The notes beneath the pieces were generated by a model. It worked only from the letters and a program-made list of their open reading frames with translations. It made no database searches and had not been told where the DNA came from. A DNA stretch of 64,000 nt from Moniliella sp. 'wahieum'. Taxonomy: Eukaryota. The DNA is taken from assembly GCA_003971905.1 (NCBI GenBank), contig RSEE01000003.1, forward strand, positions 992,001-1,056,000, given 5' to 3'. The translations under genes were made by a program, and so were the position numbers. Position 1 is the stretch's first letter. Each line of letters begins with the position of its first letter. This document shows positions 26,212-38,408 of this stretch, piece by piece.

Positions 26212-27326
26212 ATGGAAGATCCCGCCGAAATCGCAGCCCTTGCGCAGGAGTTTATCGGCACCCTTGACAATGTCCCCCAAGAGGTTGACTTTCTTCTTGG
26301 CGAAATCCGCGAGAAGGACAAGCGCATCGCTGACATGGTGCCTCGTATTGCCCGCTTCGAGTCCCAACTGCGCGACTTGCTGACCAAGGGCGGCACTCAA
26401 ATTTCAAACGAGGCGGTCACGCTACCTGATGTCGACCGCGTCAAGGCCGAACGTCTGGAGAAGAAAGTTGCGGACAGCAATGCGCGCATAGCCGAACTCT
26501 CGTCTCAAAAGCAGCATCTGGCTCTCCAGCTCTGGCGCCTCATTCACCGCCATACTCAACGCCTTGCCATCGAGCGCAAGAAGATCGCACCACATGTGCT
26601 AGAGGGGCTGATCGAGCCCCCACTTTTGCCTAACGCCAACCCCCGTGGTACACCGACACCCATCACATCAATTGTGCCGGCTTTGGCAGCAGCCTCAGGT
26701 GGTGGACAACCCGGCGCCGAACGCCGTAAAAGCGCGGCTGCGGTACCCCTGGCTGCCTCCAGCCAGAGAACCTCGGCCAATGCACCTACGAAGGTACGCC
26801 AAGGAACACCTACATCAGAGCAGGGCGGACAGGCGGGGCGAGCCAATTCACCCTCGGTCCGGATTGCCGGACGCAAACGACCATCCAACATGAACCTTGT
26901 CTCCCCCCCACCCGATTCGGCGGCGCCAATAGCCAAAGATCCTCTCTTCCTGTTGCCAGCCGGTCGGGGACGCCGGCTGCTCGGGGTACAACACCACGCG
27001 AACGCCGCTCAGCACAACCAGGGGGTGCCCCTGCCCGCCCCTCAGGTGGCCAGCAAGATGGCGATGAGGACGCTCTTTACTGCTTTTGCCAGCGTGTGTC
27101 TTACGGCGATGATGATGATGGGTGTGATGGGGAAGATTGCAAGTACGAATGGTTTCACATCAGTTGTGTCGGTCTCTCGAACCCGTTGCCGGACACTTGG
27201 TACTGTGACGAGTGCAAGGCGAAGTTAGAAAAGGAGCGGGGGGCCCACCCAAGAAAAAGAAGAAGACTGATTGAGTCGGTTTATTCTCTCCGTTTCTCTC
27301 GCCGGTATCACCATCCACATTTGTAG
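26212..27326 (+). CDS. ING-family chromatin reader (Yng2/Pho23-like) with C-terminal PHD finger
   Basis: ING N-terminal domain EFIGTLDNVPQEVDFLLGEIREKD. PHD finger YCFCQRVSYG...GCDGEDCKYEWFHISCVGL...WYCDEC. Frameshift between the two; exact stop uncertain. Confidence 0.88.
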
Positions 27327-30300
27327 CCACACTGTATCGTTGTACCACTAATCGTTTCTGCCCTATGTTGACTTGTTGATGAAATAAGGGGATGTGTAAT
27401 GGAGGTACAAAATCTGCTATATGTGCCAAGGAGCGTGTATCAAAGCTAGAAGCGCGTGTACTGATAACCTCAACCACAAGTTAGTTGACTTTTCTGATCG
27501 CGCACTGCACCCGTACGAAGTTTCATGACGTTCTCCGGGGCTATTCTCTCGGCAAAGGTCATCTCTATTGCGTCCTGGAACGCGATGATGACTGCAAACG
27601 TCAATGAATGAGTTGTTGGCTTCTTCACACTGTATTACCGGTTGCTTGGTACGGAAACTAGAGTGTCCATCCCTTTGACCGAATCACCTTCCTCGATGTC
27701 TTGTGCACTCCTCATGGAAGGCGTATTCCATTCCTCTTCTTTTTCGCACAAGCTCTAGAAGGACCTTCCCCTCCAGCAAAAGGCAAGAACAGATCCCCAA
27801 CCAAGTCCCATGGTTTCCGTCATTATAGGAGGGGCGGGGGGTACATCCCCCCCCTTGAATGTATATCCCCAAGTGAAGGAGAGCGACCATCAAAATGTAT
27901 GGCTGCCTCACATGTGGTTTTGAGAATCAGAAAGGTAAACACGCGTTGGTCATGGAAACACTGCTTGCTCCTCCTGGCGGGTTGTGAGGTGGCCTTCTGA
28001 CCGCACGATTCGTCCAAGCTGCATATGGTTTCCTGAAGAGCTGATGGTCGACGTCCTTTGAGCACACTATAGGATAGCATTGTTCCGGGATAAAAACGTA
28101 GTCCGCGGAGACAAGCAGTTATAGTGAACTACACCCCGTCCTATAGCCTCAGTACTACTGGTGCATACCCACACCAGCAAAGGTGCCCAAAAATGGGGGA
28201 AGCAGCAGTGCTAATAGAGGAAATGGAATCTCCCCACTGCCTCGCACGTGCCGATGTGATCGATCAATAGCAAACCGACTGAACCATTAGCCCACGATTC
28301 GCCGCAACGGCTGATGTCAATCCCTTACATCGCATCTTTGTCCAACAACACTTCCGTCCTCTCATGTGGAATTCGTGTTGCTCTGACCCTGGGATCACAA
28401 TGACTCCGGTATACACCGTAGCGGAAAACATAATATAGTATGGTCTGCTCCTCCTTACTTGCTTGTATACACTTCTTCCTCTCTAATTCCTTCACCCGCT
28501 CTATGACTTGCCCGATCACTAGTCACTGCACGTTTCTGTGTCCTACACACGCTGATACTCTTTCTCTAATATATATATTGTCGGCACTCTCTATAGTATA
28601 GCCACGGTGGACAAGGTGTCGCTTCACTGATTGCGCTAAAAACATCAGTGCACTCGATGTGGAATATAAGCTCGATGTTGAATGTATGGCGTCATGATTA
28701 TGAGACTGCAGCGAAGAAAGGGCTCTGCAAATCCATCGCGGTGTGACCCGGAAAAGCATGAATAAAAGCAAAACCCCCTTGAAGTAATTCGGCAAGAACG
28801 CCCATCATCGACCATCCCTATGCACGAAGTATATTCTGTGCAACATTTGCCGATACATGTCGATGGAGAGTTAGGCCGAGAGGTTGCATGCGCCACATAC
28901 AATCGGTATGGTGATGTTGCGGGGTTTGATAGAGATTGCGCCCACTGGGTGCTGCCGAAGACACTAATAAGTCGCAAGAGCCTATTTGTTCTCTCAGAAT
29001 CTCAGCCGAACAGACCGCCAACATTCCCCCTGAGGCCAGAGGTCAGGCCTGAGGGACTAGGCGTCTGAGGGCCTGAGAGATATAGTTGTGTTCAGTACGT
29101 AGAGGCTACGGTAAACTATGAGACGCCGGGGACAAGGAGCTGGGACATGTGGGCACGAGCCATCAAATCCAAATGTGTGCACAAGCTTCATTGCATGATG
29201 TACGCGGGAGCATGTATGATGGCGTGTGGTTACGAGTAAACTATATATCGTGCCCCGCTATCATATCTAATAAACGTTTAAACGCGTGCAACAGACGGTC
29301 GTTTTAAGAGTGCAGACTGTGTTTCAGGATGCCACTGTCAATGGGAAGATGTGGAGGACGTGGTATCCAAGAGAGGGGTAACCGGTAAAGGGTATAAGAA
29401 GAATAGGCCGACCTTATAATAGAGCCAAGCGTAGAATGCGGCGCAGGTTGAACGCCTGGGCGGGTCAGAAGGGGTTTGTCTCAGAGCCATGCCGAAAGGA
29501 GGTTCCACGAAGAGGCACCACCATAAGACGGATAGTATGCAGGCCACAAGCTGCCAGGTATGAGTACGATAAAGGGAGTCATGCTAGGCATGTGGTCCAA
29601 CAGAGCCCCACTTGGTTGGTATGGAAAAACGAAACGATGAGGGGTGGTGGACGTATGGCGTGAAGGTCATGTCTCAAGATGGCTCTCTCTTCAACATATA
29701 GAAGACGCTCCCTCCCAGTCACCTCGTGCAAGAGGGATAGGTCCCTTCGGACGCGGGGGTGGTGGGGAGAGGGAGGTACTAATGGCCGGGTTGGCCAGGC
29801 ATAATATTCCTGGCTCTGGACTAACCCAAGGCGGTATTGGCCTGAATATACACGGCGTATATATAAGCCTTGCGATTGAGGAAAGACAGAGAGGACGAAG
29901 ACATCATTCATGATTCTCATTATACGATACGCATTAAAAATTATGGCTGAAAAGGTAGCAGAACCGAACAGACTGGGCATATCATTGCATCTCTTCTCTC
30001 CCACCTTATCGTATGGCCCAACATTCCCTTCAGTGCCTACTCAGGAGACTCTCATACTCAGTTTTGCGCCCAACACCCTCCTTGGCCAGTCTCTGTCTGA
30101 CCTTTTCTTCCGTCAAATATCTCTCCTACTACTAAATGTTAAAATCGTTTCAGCGTTGTTTGTGGGTTTTCGTATAGGTTTTCAATAGTCGAACGTTTTA
30201 GCCACACAACACACACAGTGCACGTTCTATAGCTTATTAAGAGATCCATGAGGGGAGCGCCAAAGGCTTGTGCGCAGCGAAGAAAAATCGGGCATATCGG

Positions 30301-30499
30301 CCATATACGTGGGAGTCAGGCTATAGCAATAAACGCAGCAAACTCTTCAAACAGGAGGGGCGTGTGCCTAGTGCCTCCGCGTCTGCTCCACAGTAGCGAG
30401 CGATGCGTCGGGGGGCAAGGAGACTTTGGCGCGTCCACCGTGTGTGTGACCTTTAAAAGGTACTCGGGCCTGTGGAGGTACACGAAACAAGAGCAGATG

Positions 30500-32870
30500 G
30501 TGCATGCTAAGTGCATGCTGAGCGCTGAGCTTAAGCGATGTGCGTCACACACCTCTCTTGCTTCCCTTGCTTCTCCCCCCACACGGATCGGGGGCGCATG
30601 TGGTGCAAGTCCTGCTGCAAATACAGTAGTCAAACACCCGTATATGCCAGGCACCCGCACGTATCCATTGTGCGCTTTTACAGGAGGGTGCAGCCGCGTC
30701 GTCAAGCTTCACATTTTCTATAGCTTCAAGCTTCAAGCTTCAAGCTTCAAGAGCTAGCTGTGGTGCTATAGAGCGCACCTAGGTAGATTTTCAAGCCTCA
30801 GGCAAGCCTCAGGCTGAGCCTCAAGCTCCTCAAGGGCCTCAAGCTCACAAGCCTGTTGGGTGTTGGGGGGGGGTGGGACAGCCTGAGCGCCTGAGGACTG
30901 AGCGCCCTGAGCGCAGTGAGGCGGTGAGGCGGTGAGGCGTGTGACATGTGAGGCCTGAGGCTCAGTCGGTCAGCGCGATGCCCTGCTAGCACTGCAGCAA
31001 TGGCGGCAGCAGCAGCCGAAACTTGCCGACCGCCTCGTAGTTTGGTCTCAGTTTCTCCGCACCCTTGTTCCTCTCGCTCCAGGGTTCCCGGAGGGGCCTG
31101 TGGTCCTGAGGCCTGATGCATGATGCATGATGCAGGATGCAGGATGCATGACAATGCCATGTGACATGCATGACAGCTAAGCTAGTTATATCGATGATCG
31201 AGTTACTCCGCCAATCTGGCTGCTGCATGCATTATGCACGTGTCGGACGTTCCCAACCAGCTTTTGGCCCGACAACTCCTACTAAACAGCACCATCCACC
31301 ACAACACCAATGTATGTCTCCACACACGCACCAGACATAGGAAGTTCGACAGATATGTTCTGGTAGCTGTGCTTTCCCAGAGCCTCGAGCATAAGCGACG
31401 TGCATAATACACAGTATCCAGTACCGACTGAATTCTCAGTCTGAGTACTCACGGAGTACTGCGAGAGTATGAGTCTGAAGCTTGATGCATGATGCATGCC
31501 AATTGAGTGAATTGATGATCAAATACGTAGTGCTTAAAGCTTAATGGCCGATGTCAATTACGGTGATCGATTACTCGTGTACCAGTGATCGAGTGATCGA
31601 TAATCGATAGTCGGCAACCGGCAACCATCGATCGGCGGTCGGTCTTTGCCGGCTCGATGACGCCGACGAGCGAAAGGCAACAACGACACAGTGTGACATG
31701 TGGCGGACTTGGCGAGGGTTCAATCCACTAGCCGCAGTAGGCCACAGTCCATCCTGCTCAGCAGCTCAGCCGCTCATCGCGTACGGTACTACTTGGGCGC
31801 GCCCACCACTGACATGTTGAGCCACTGGGTCTGAGCCTGAGGCCGCCTGAGGCCTGAGTGTAAGTTGAACGTAACGCCGAGGCAGACGCGCTGACGCGCT
31901 GACGCGCTGACGCTCCACGCTCTTCCGTTTCCTTTGATGTGGTGCATTGGAAGAGTGGATGTAAACTCCGTATACGTTTAGTACTGAACGTTGAACCGTT
32001 GAACCTTGAAGCTTGAAGCTTGAATGAAACCGTTGCAGGAGGAAGGGCCACACAAAGTTTTAAAGGTATTGACCAAGTGGGCCAACCGGCGGCCCCCGCA
32101 ATTGCTCTAAAGTGTCTGCTGAAAAGGAAATAGGCGTAAGATCAATGATCGATGGCCCCTCTCAAGCTTCAAGTGAACGTGTAACCGGCTTCACACTGTC
32201 TCTCCATTCCGTATCTGCATGTGGGCCCAAATACGTCGTCACTCAGTTTCAATTCCGCTCAGTGGCAACTCCCATAGCCCCTCCAGTGCTAGCAGCTTCG
32301 ACAGGCGCCAATGGAGTTGAACGTTGAACGTTGAACGTTGCACGTTGAACAACGGGCAAATTCTTCAGATGCACACTGTTGCACACCACGGAGCTGTTGA
32401 TGTGCAATTGCAGACAATTGATCGATGACGCGCGGGCGCGACTCGGTAGATCTCAGATGGCAGATCTCAGACCTTCAGAGCGGCCCTAGGTGCGTCGCAT
32501 GCCACATGTCACACGCCACCTCGGTGTACATCATGCATCAGAATCCATCCGCAGATCTCAAACGTAGCCATCATGCATCATGCATCACATTATCACACGC
32601 CACACGTCGGATCGCGTCATACTGACCAGCGGCCGTACGAGTACTGACCAACGACAGCAGAGTAGTAGTCTAGTGGCCGTACATAGAATGATGCATGATG
32701 CATGATGTTCCGTAGCATTGCAAATATCATAATCATGCATCATCCATCATGCCATGTCCTCAAACGCCGCGCCAGCAAAGTTCGGTCTCACCCTTCCTTG
32801 CCGGGGCGACTGGGGCCCCCCGGGTAGGAACGATGGGGGCACTGCTTCTTAGATCTCCGATCTCAGGGGT
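30500..32870. repeat. Island of 7-bp-periodic palindromic-hexamer micro-arrays
   Basis: (AAGCTTC)n 30722-30751; ACATGT-G-AGGCCT-G 30944-30957; AGGCCT-G-(ATGCAT-G)n 31109-31150; AAGCTT-G-ATGCAT-G-ATGCAT 31478-31497; AGTACT-G-AACGTT-G...AAGCTT-G 31980-32022; (AACGTTG)n 32316-32350; AGATCT-C at 32448 and 32462. Confidence 0.85.
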
Positions 32871-33039
32871 CCAACGTGACGCATGAGGCAAGAACCGATG
32901 GGGTGGGAGGGGCGATGCCGAAGGCCAAGGCTCAAAGCCAGTGTTGCATGATGAAGGTAATTCTTCCGGCGCTTGCGGGCAGCAGTACAACGGTACCCAA
33001 TCCCGTTCTCTACGTAGTGGCTAACATTGGCCAACCATT

Positions 33040-33048
33040 GTATAAAAG
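33040..33048 (+). promoter_or_regulatory. Putative TATA box of the MFS transporter gene
   Basis: TATAAAAG about 185 bp upstream of the ATG at 33225, followed by a CT-rich leader. Confidence 0.4.
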
Positions 33049-33224
33049 AGGCCCTCTTCGCTCATGGGGCTTAGTCTTGTTCCACGTTCACGCCCTCCAT
33101 CTTCCCTTCCATCGAGCACAACTAATTCGTCCCCCGGCACCGCTCTCGTTACGCGCAGTTCTGGAATCCCACTCTCAGTGCCACATCTTTCCATTTCACT
33201 ACTTCTGTCGACTCTCTGCCTACC

Positions 33225-35084
33225 ATGGTGCTAAAAAAGCACACCAACATCCGCGCCGACTTTTTCCCCGGCAAGGAGCAATACTCTACAACAGATGCCG
33301 GCCATGAGGCAACGGCTGAGGCAGATACCCGTCTGTATCTCCTAGTATTGATCAAATCCCTGGGACCACGCTTAGCCCAGAGATCATGAAGGAGGTATCG
33401 GAGGGCAAAATCATCCTTGTCGATTGGGATGGGCCGGACGACCCTGAGAATCCCATGAACTGGTCCCACGGCAAAAAGTGGATCAACACTAGTCTCCTCT
33501 GTGCCATGTGCCTCTTTATTGGTTTGGCCACTGCCGCCTACGGCTCTGGCGTGTCAAGAATGTGCAAGGAACTCCATGCTTGTGCGTATTTTCTCTCTGT
33601 TTGATGTTCCTGGGCAGCTGTTCTAATCCTGGAATACCCACAGCCATCGAACTGGGCCGTCTGGGTTTTACTGTGTTCAACGTCGCATTTGCATTGGTAC
33701 GTATTCCCGTCGGTGTTCTGGCCCGGAGTGAGTTTCTGACAATCCTTCGTGGTGGCAGGTTCCTCCCATCCTTGGCCCCGTGTCCGAATTCGTCGGTGCG
33801 CAACCTGTCTACTTGATTGTTATGCTGGCTTTGTCATCTGGTTCATTTCCCTCTTTGAGGCCCAGAACATTTGGACCATCGTCATTGGTCGATTCTTCTC
33901 GGGCGTCTTTGGTGCAGCCGGAACGACAATCATTCCCGGTACACTTGCATCAATCTGGCGGCCTAACGAGATTGGGCTGCCTGTCGCTCTCTTCACTCTT
34001 GTCGCTGTACTGGGTACAACTGCTTCACCTCTATATGCTGGATACATCGATGCTCACAACCTGGGTGGCGTGCGATCGAGTGGATCCAAATGGCGATCAA
34101 TGGCACTGTGCTTATTCTCGAGATCATCTTCCTGCGCGAGCCCCGTGGCAGTGCCCTTCTCTCCCGTCGGGCCAAGAAGCTACGCAAGGAGACTGGAGAT
34201 GAACGCTACCGTTCCCCCGACGAATTGGAAACACCCAGCCTCAGGGAGCTTCTCAAGGTCTCGACGACTCGCGCGGCTGTAATGATTGTGAAAGAGCCTG
34301 TCGTCCTCTTCTTCTCTCTCTGGCTGGCATACGTGTGGAGTTTGATCTTTGCCCTCTTCAGTGCATCCCAATCGCCTTCTCCACTATCCGCGGCTGGGGC
34401 GAGGGCAACACCGGTTTGGCGTACATTGGCCCAATTCTTGGCACCTTTATTGGTTGGGTCTTCCTCTTCCACGACTCGTATCTCTATCAGAAGTCCGCAG
34501 ACGCTCATGGCGGCCACGCTATTCCCGAGGTTCGCTTGTACTACGGTGCCGCTGGTGGTATCGTGTGCACCATCGGCATGTTCATCTTTTCCTTTACGGC
34601 CCCCTTCACATGGGTGCATTGGATCGCGCCCGAGATTGGCCTTGTCCTTCTTCTGATCGGAATTGTGTGGATTTTCCAATCAGTGCAGGCCTACCTGACC
34701 GACGCGTACGGCGAATCGAGTGCCTCTGCCATTGGCGCTCAAGGTTTCATCCGTAACCTAATGGCCGCTAGCTTCCCGCTGTTTACCAACCAGATGTTCA
34801 ACAACATGGGGTACCAATACGCTGGTCTCTTGCTCAGTCTTCTTATCGCTATTGCCATCCCCCTCCCCTTCATCCTGATTTGGAAGGGTGAGACCATCCG
34901 TGCTCGCTCCCCCTACGCTGCTGTCCAGACGGGGACTGCGTTGGAGGCCCTGTTCGTGGCGCTCACCGTGCCAAGATCGATCGTCAGGGCGAAAAGGAAG
35001 CCGATTCTCCTGCCTCTTCGACGGACATCGAAAGCACCCCCGTGGAGGAGACAAAGGACGTTGGAAACGCCTGCCCAGCCGTAA
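33225..35084 (+). CDS. MFS drug:H+ antiporter, DHA1 family
   Basis: DHA1 signature VDWDGPDDPENPMNWSHGKKW; LAPLSEFVG-like motif; IVIGRFFSGVFG; YLTDAYGESSASAIGAQGFIRNLMAASFPLFTNQMF. Introns near 33585-33770 and several frameshifts. Confidence 0.9.
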
Positions 35085-35627
35085 ACGCCTCTTTCATTTG
35101 TCGGCCTGTAAAAGTAACTTTCTCCCAGGCAGGCCTTACCTCACTGAAAATTTCTGTCTCCTCTCTCAATACCTTCTCTTCTCCCTCATCCGCACGCCTG
35201 CCTGCCGACGACCATAACCTTGCATTTTTTTGCATTGCACGCTTATCACGCTCACACCATTCAGGAGCCGATAGCCACGTAGCACGGTATATACAAGCTC
35301 AGATGTCGTAGCGAAGTTTCTGATGCATGATACAAAAACACGTCGCCAGTATGGTGGTGTACACACGCCAATCGTTGTAAGCTATTAATGCCAGTTCGGT
35401 ATCATCGAACAGCGCCTACTATATACTACAGGGCCCTATTCGAGTATTCACACGCATGGGCTGTGTGCAAGGCTCCGCCTCCCGCCTCACGCTATGGCTA
35501 ACTCACAAACCCGAACAGTTCTTGCCCCACGAGCTAATCTTGTGCATGCTTAATGGGCCATGAGAGCAGCTAATTTTTGAAGACAGTACGAGATAGTGCT
35601 TAAAACGAGGGAGTGGAAACGGAGCAT

Positions 35628-37740
35628 CTAGTCCGAGTCCGAGTCCGTGTCTGTGCTGTCGTCATCGCTTTCGCTTGCGCTCCCGCCCGAAGCGTCCTCA
35701 TCCTCGCTTTCATCCTCGCCCGACCCAGCATCGCCATGGACAGGGGAACGTTTGACCTTCTCCCCACGCATCATGGCCAACTGGCCCGCAAGCGTATCCT
35801 CATCCGCTTCAGAAATGTCGTCTTCAAAGTCATCCTCTGCATCGAGCACAGCGGGGTCCTCCACAGTCAGCCGCAATGCTTGTTCCGCGTCCGAACCAAG
35901 GAACGAGTCGGATCGCACGACCACGTTAAACGTGTAGACACCGGGGGAAGGAGGTGCCGAGAAGGAGAGGGTGAATGTGCGTGTCGAACTCCCCACATCG
36001 GTCACTCGCGTAGGCTGCACCATGACCCGGTCCACCTTTGAGTCGCCAACAAAGACAACCCAATGCGGTTTGCGCTCGCCGATGAGGTAAGGCGCGCGAG
36101 CCGAACCGATGGGACAGAGCCAGTATCCTCTGGGCCAGCATCCCATCGTCTGCCTCAGGAGGGACAGCATCCTCCTTGGTTTCAGCGCCGGTCTCTTCAG
36201 CGACCAAAATATCTTTCGTCCGCCGTGCATCACCATCAACGCCATACTTGAGCACCTTTGGGTTATCCCCAGGTGGGGAGAGGCGGAGTTTGATGACGAG
36301 CTGAACCAGGGCTCCGGCCGTCACAGACGTTCACCGGCAACCTTGAACTGAGCACCCAAGAGTTGAATTCGGGGCCAGGTCTTGGCGGTCCTCATCAAGT
36401 CATCGTACTCCTCCTCGCTCAGACCCTTCTTGCCATCGGTAAGGAGCGCGTGCCGCTCGTGCTCAGGCATGACAAAAAGACCTTGGACACCCCAGTCAGC
36501 CCGTCCATTGGTGCCACGTACAAGCTTCTCGGCAAGCGCGAGTGTCATATGGGGAAGTTGCAGGAGTCCAGCTACAGCACGAGGGGCTTGGATGGGAACG
36601 GCCTGCACAATGCACTGTTGCAGCGCCAACACACTTTCCGTTTGTTGGAACCAATTGTGCCCAAGGCTAATTGACAAGAGTGACTGAATCAAGGGCAGGG
36701 CAGTGGAAGCGGCGCGGTACTTGGCTTTCTCAAGTTCCGGATCCGAAGCTGTAATGCGCAGCATGTGAGCATTGAGCAAAATCAGAGCGCGGCGCACACT
36801 TTCTGAACGGAATGAAGAGGGCAAGTCGGCGTTGGGCCCGAATGGCTTAAGTCCTTCACGCACTTGACGCTCGAGAGCGTCCAGGGCGGCTTGCCCGGCA
36901 TACGGTTTGCCCGACTTGGCCGCACGTTCGGCTAACAGGTCCAGACCAGGACGAGAGAACTCCTCCGAGATGGCCAAAAGAGAGAGAAGGCGCGAGGCAG
37001 GCGTATCGTCACGCATGTTTTGGAAATACGCTTGAGCAGTAGCGTTGTACACACCATCTTTGGTACGTGACCGGGATCCATACCACCACCTGCCTACAAG
37101 CATCGGCAAGAGCAGACCAAAGACGAGGCCATAGGCGCCCAGACCCAAACGTTGTTGTGGCTTTCGATGACCCAGGTGGGCAAGGCGATGCCCATGCTCA
37201 TCTCTTGCCTCCCATCTGGATGGCCATAGAGTTCAAAGTTCTTGCGGATGGTTTCGTCAGTCAAGGCCTTGTAGGCCTTGGTGAGCTCGATAAAGTGTGA
37301 CTCGGCATCAGCAGCCGTTTCGTTGGGACCAAGAACAAGCTTGTCGGGGTGGAACTTGAGACTGAGTTTGCGGTAGTGCTTGCGGATTTGTTGTTCGGTC
37401 GCGGAGGCGCCGATGCCGAGGATAGAAAGGGGTCGTATATTTTATTGGGCGATGAGGCGGTGGTGGTGGAGAGCTTGTGGGCGAGCAGACCCACGGCGCA
37501 CCATCCGAGCAGGATAAAGAGGGTGCGGAGGCTAATTCGGGGAGCCAGACGCTTTCCCAGCGCCGCAACGGGGGGGATCTTCTGGCCGGGGGCGTCAAAA
37601 GAACCCTGGTGGGACGAGCTGGTGCGGCGGCGGAATGAGACGGCGGACCAGGTAAGAGGCACGAGCACGAGACAAAGGACGCTGATGACAAAGGTGAGGA
37701 ACTGGGTCCCCTCGTCGTCGTACTTGTATGACCCAGCCAT
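35628..37740 (-). CDS. SEC63: ER translocon J-domain protein Sec63
   Basis: MAGSYKYDDEGTQFLTF start; TM segments; J domain (YDPF.ILG...HYRKLSLKFHPDK...KAYKALTDE); GIALP; Sec63/Brl domain; acidic C-terminus DDISEADEDTLAGQLAMMRG...DTDSDSD. Confidence 0.93.
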
Positions 37741-38408
37741 GGTGGGCTGGAGGCGATGCCGAGGTGCTGGAGGGGAGCGAGAGAGGAGGCGGAGGCGGAG
37801 GCCGCAGAGCCCGAGGCGGTGTCTGGGTGTCTCGTGGTCTTCGCTCCGCCTCCGCCACGGGCGTGCAACGTGGAAGAAGTGGCATCAACACGTGATTGCT
37901 GCTGCTAGGGTTGCACTGAAACGTTCATAAACGAGTGTCATTAACTTGAGCATTGCATTTGAGTTGCGCACCACTCCCCCACTGTACACCGCCTCTCCGT
38001 CGACAGACTCAATCCGCATCCATCTTAATCTTCCTGCCTTTGAGGTCCCGCTCGTCGCTATGGCATTACCGCTTTCAGAAGAATGGCAACAAGCAGTCGC
38101 GGGGCCACAGACAGCATCAATTACTGGTATGCATTCGGATTGACCTTGCTTTTTTGTGCCATTAAAACATTTCGAGTGCCCACGCCCTGCATGATCCGCA
38201 TAACTATAGCCTCAGGTTTTCGCAGTCCCTCACACCTAGGCGGTCATTGTGGAAGATATCAAATGTCATCATGTCATGCATGCCCACTCATTCGGACAAG
38301 GGTGGTGGACGTGGTACATGCATGATGGTGTGCATGAAAGAGAAGGGAAAGGATATGTACAAAGAGAACCAATCCGCCGTAATGTCAATGAAAGGGTCGA
38401 CCGTTGCA

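Noticed and set aside
30700..32400. CRISPR-like array
   Set aside because: Period is 7 bp with no 25-45-bp repeat and unique-spacer structure, no cas genes, and the context is eukaryotic.
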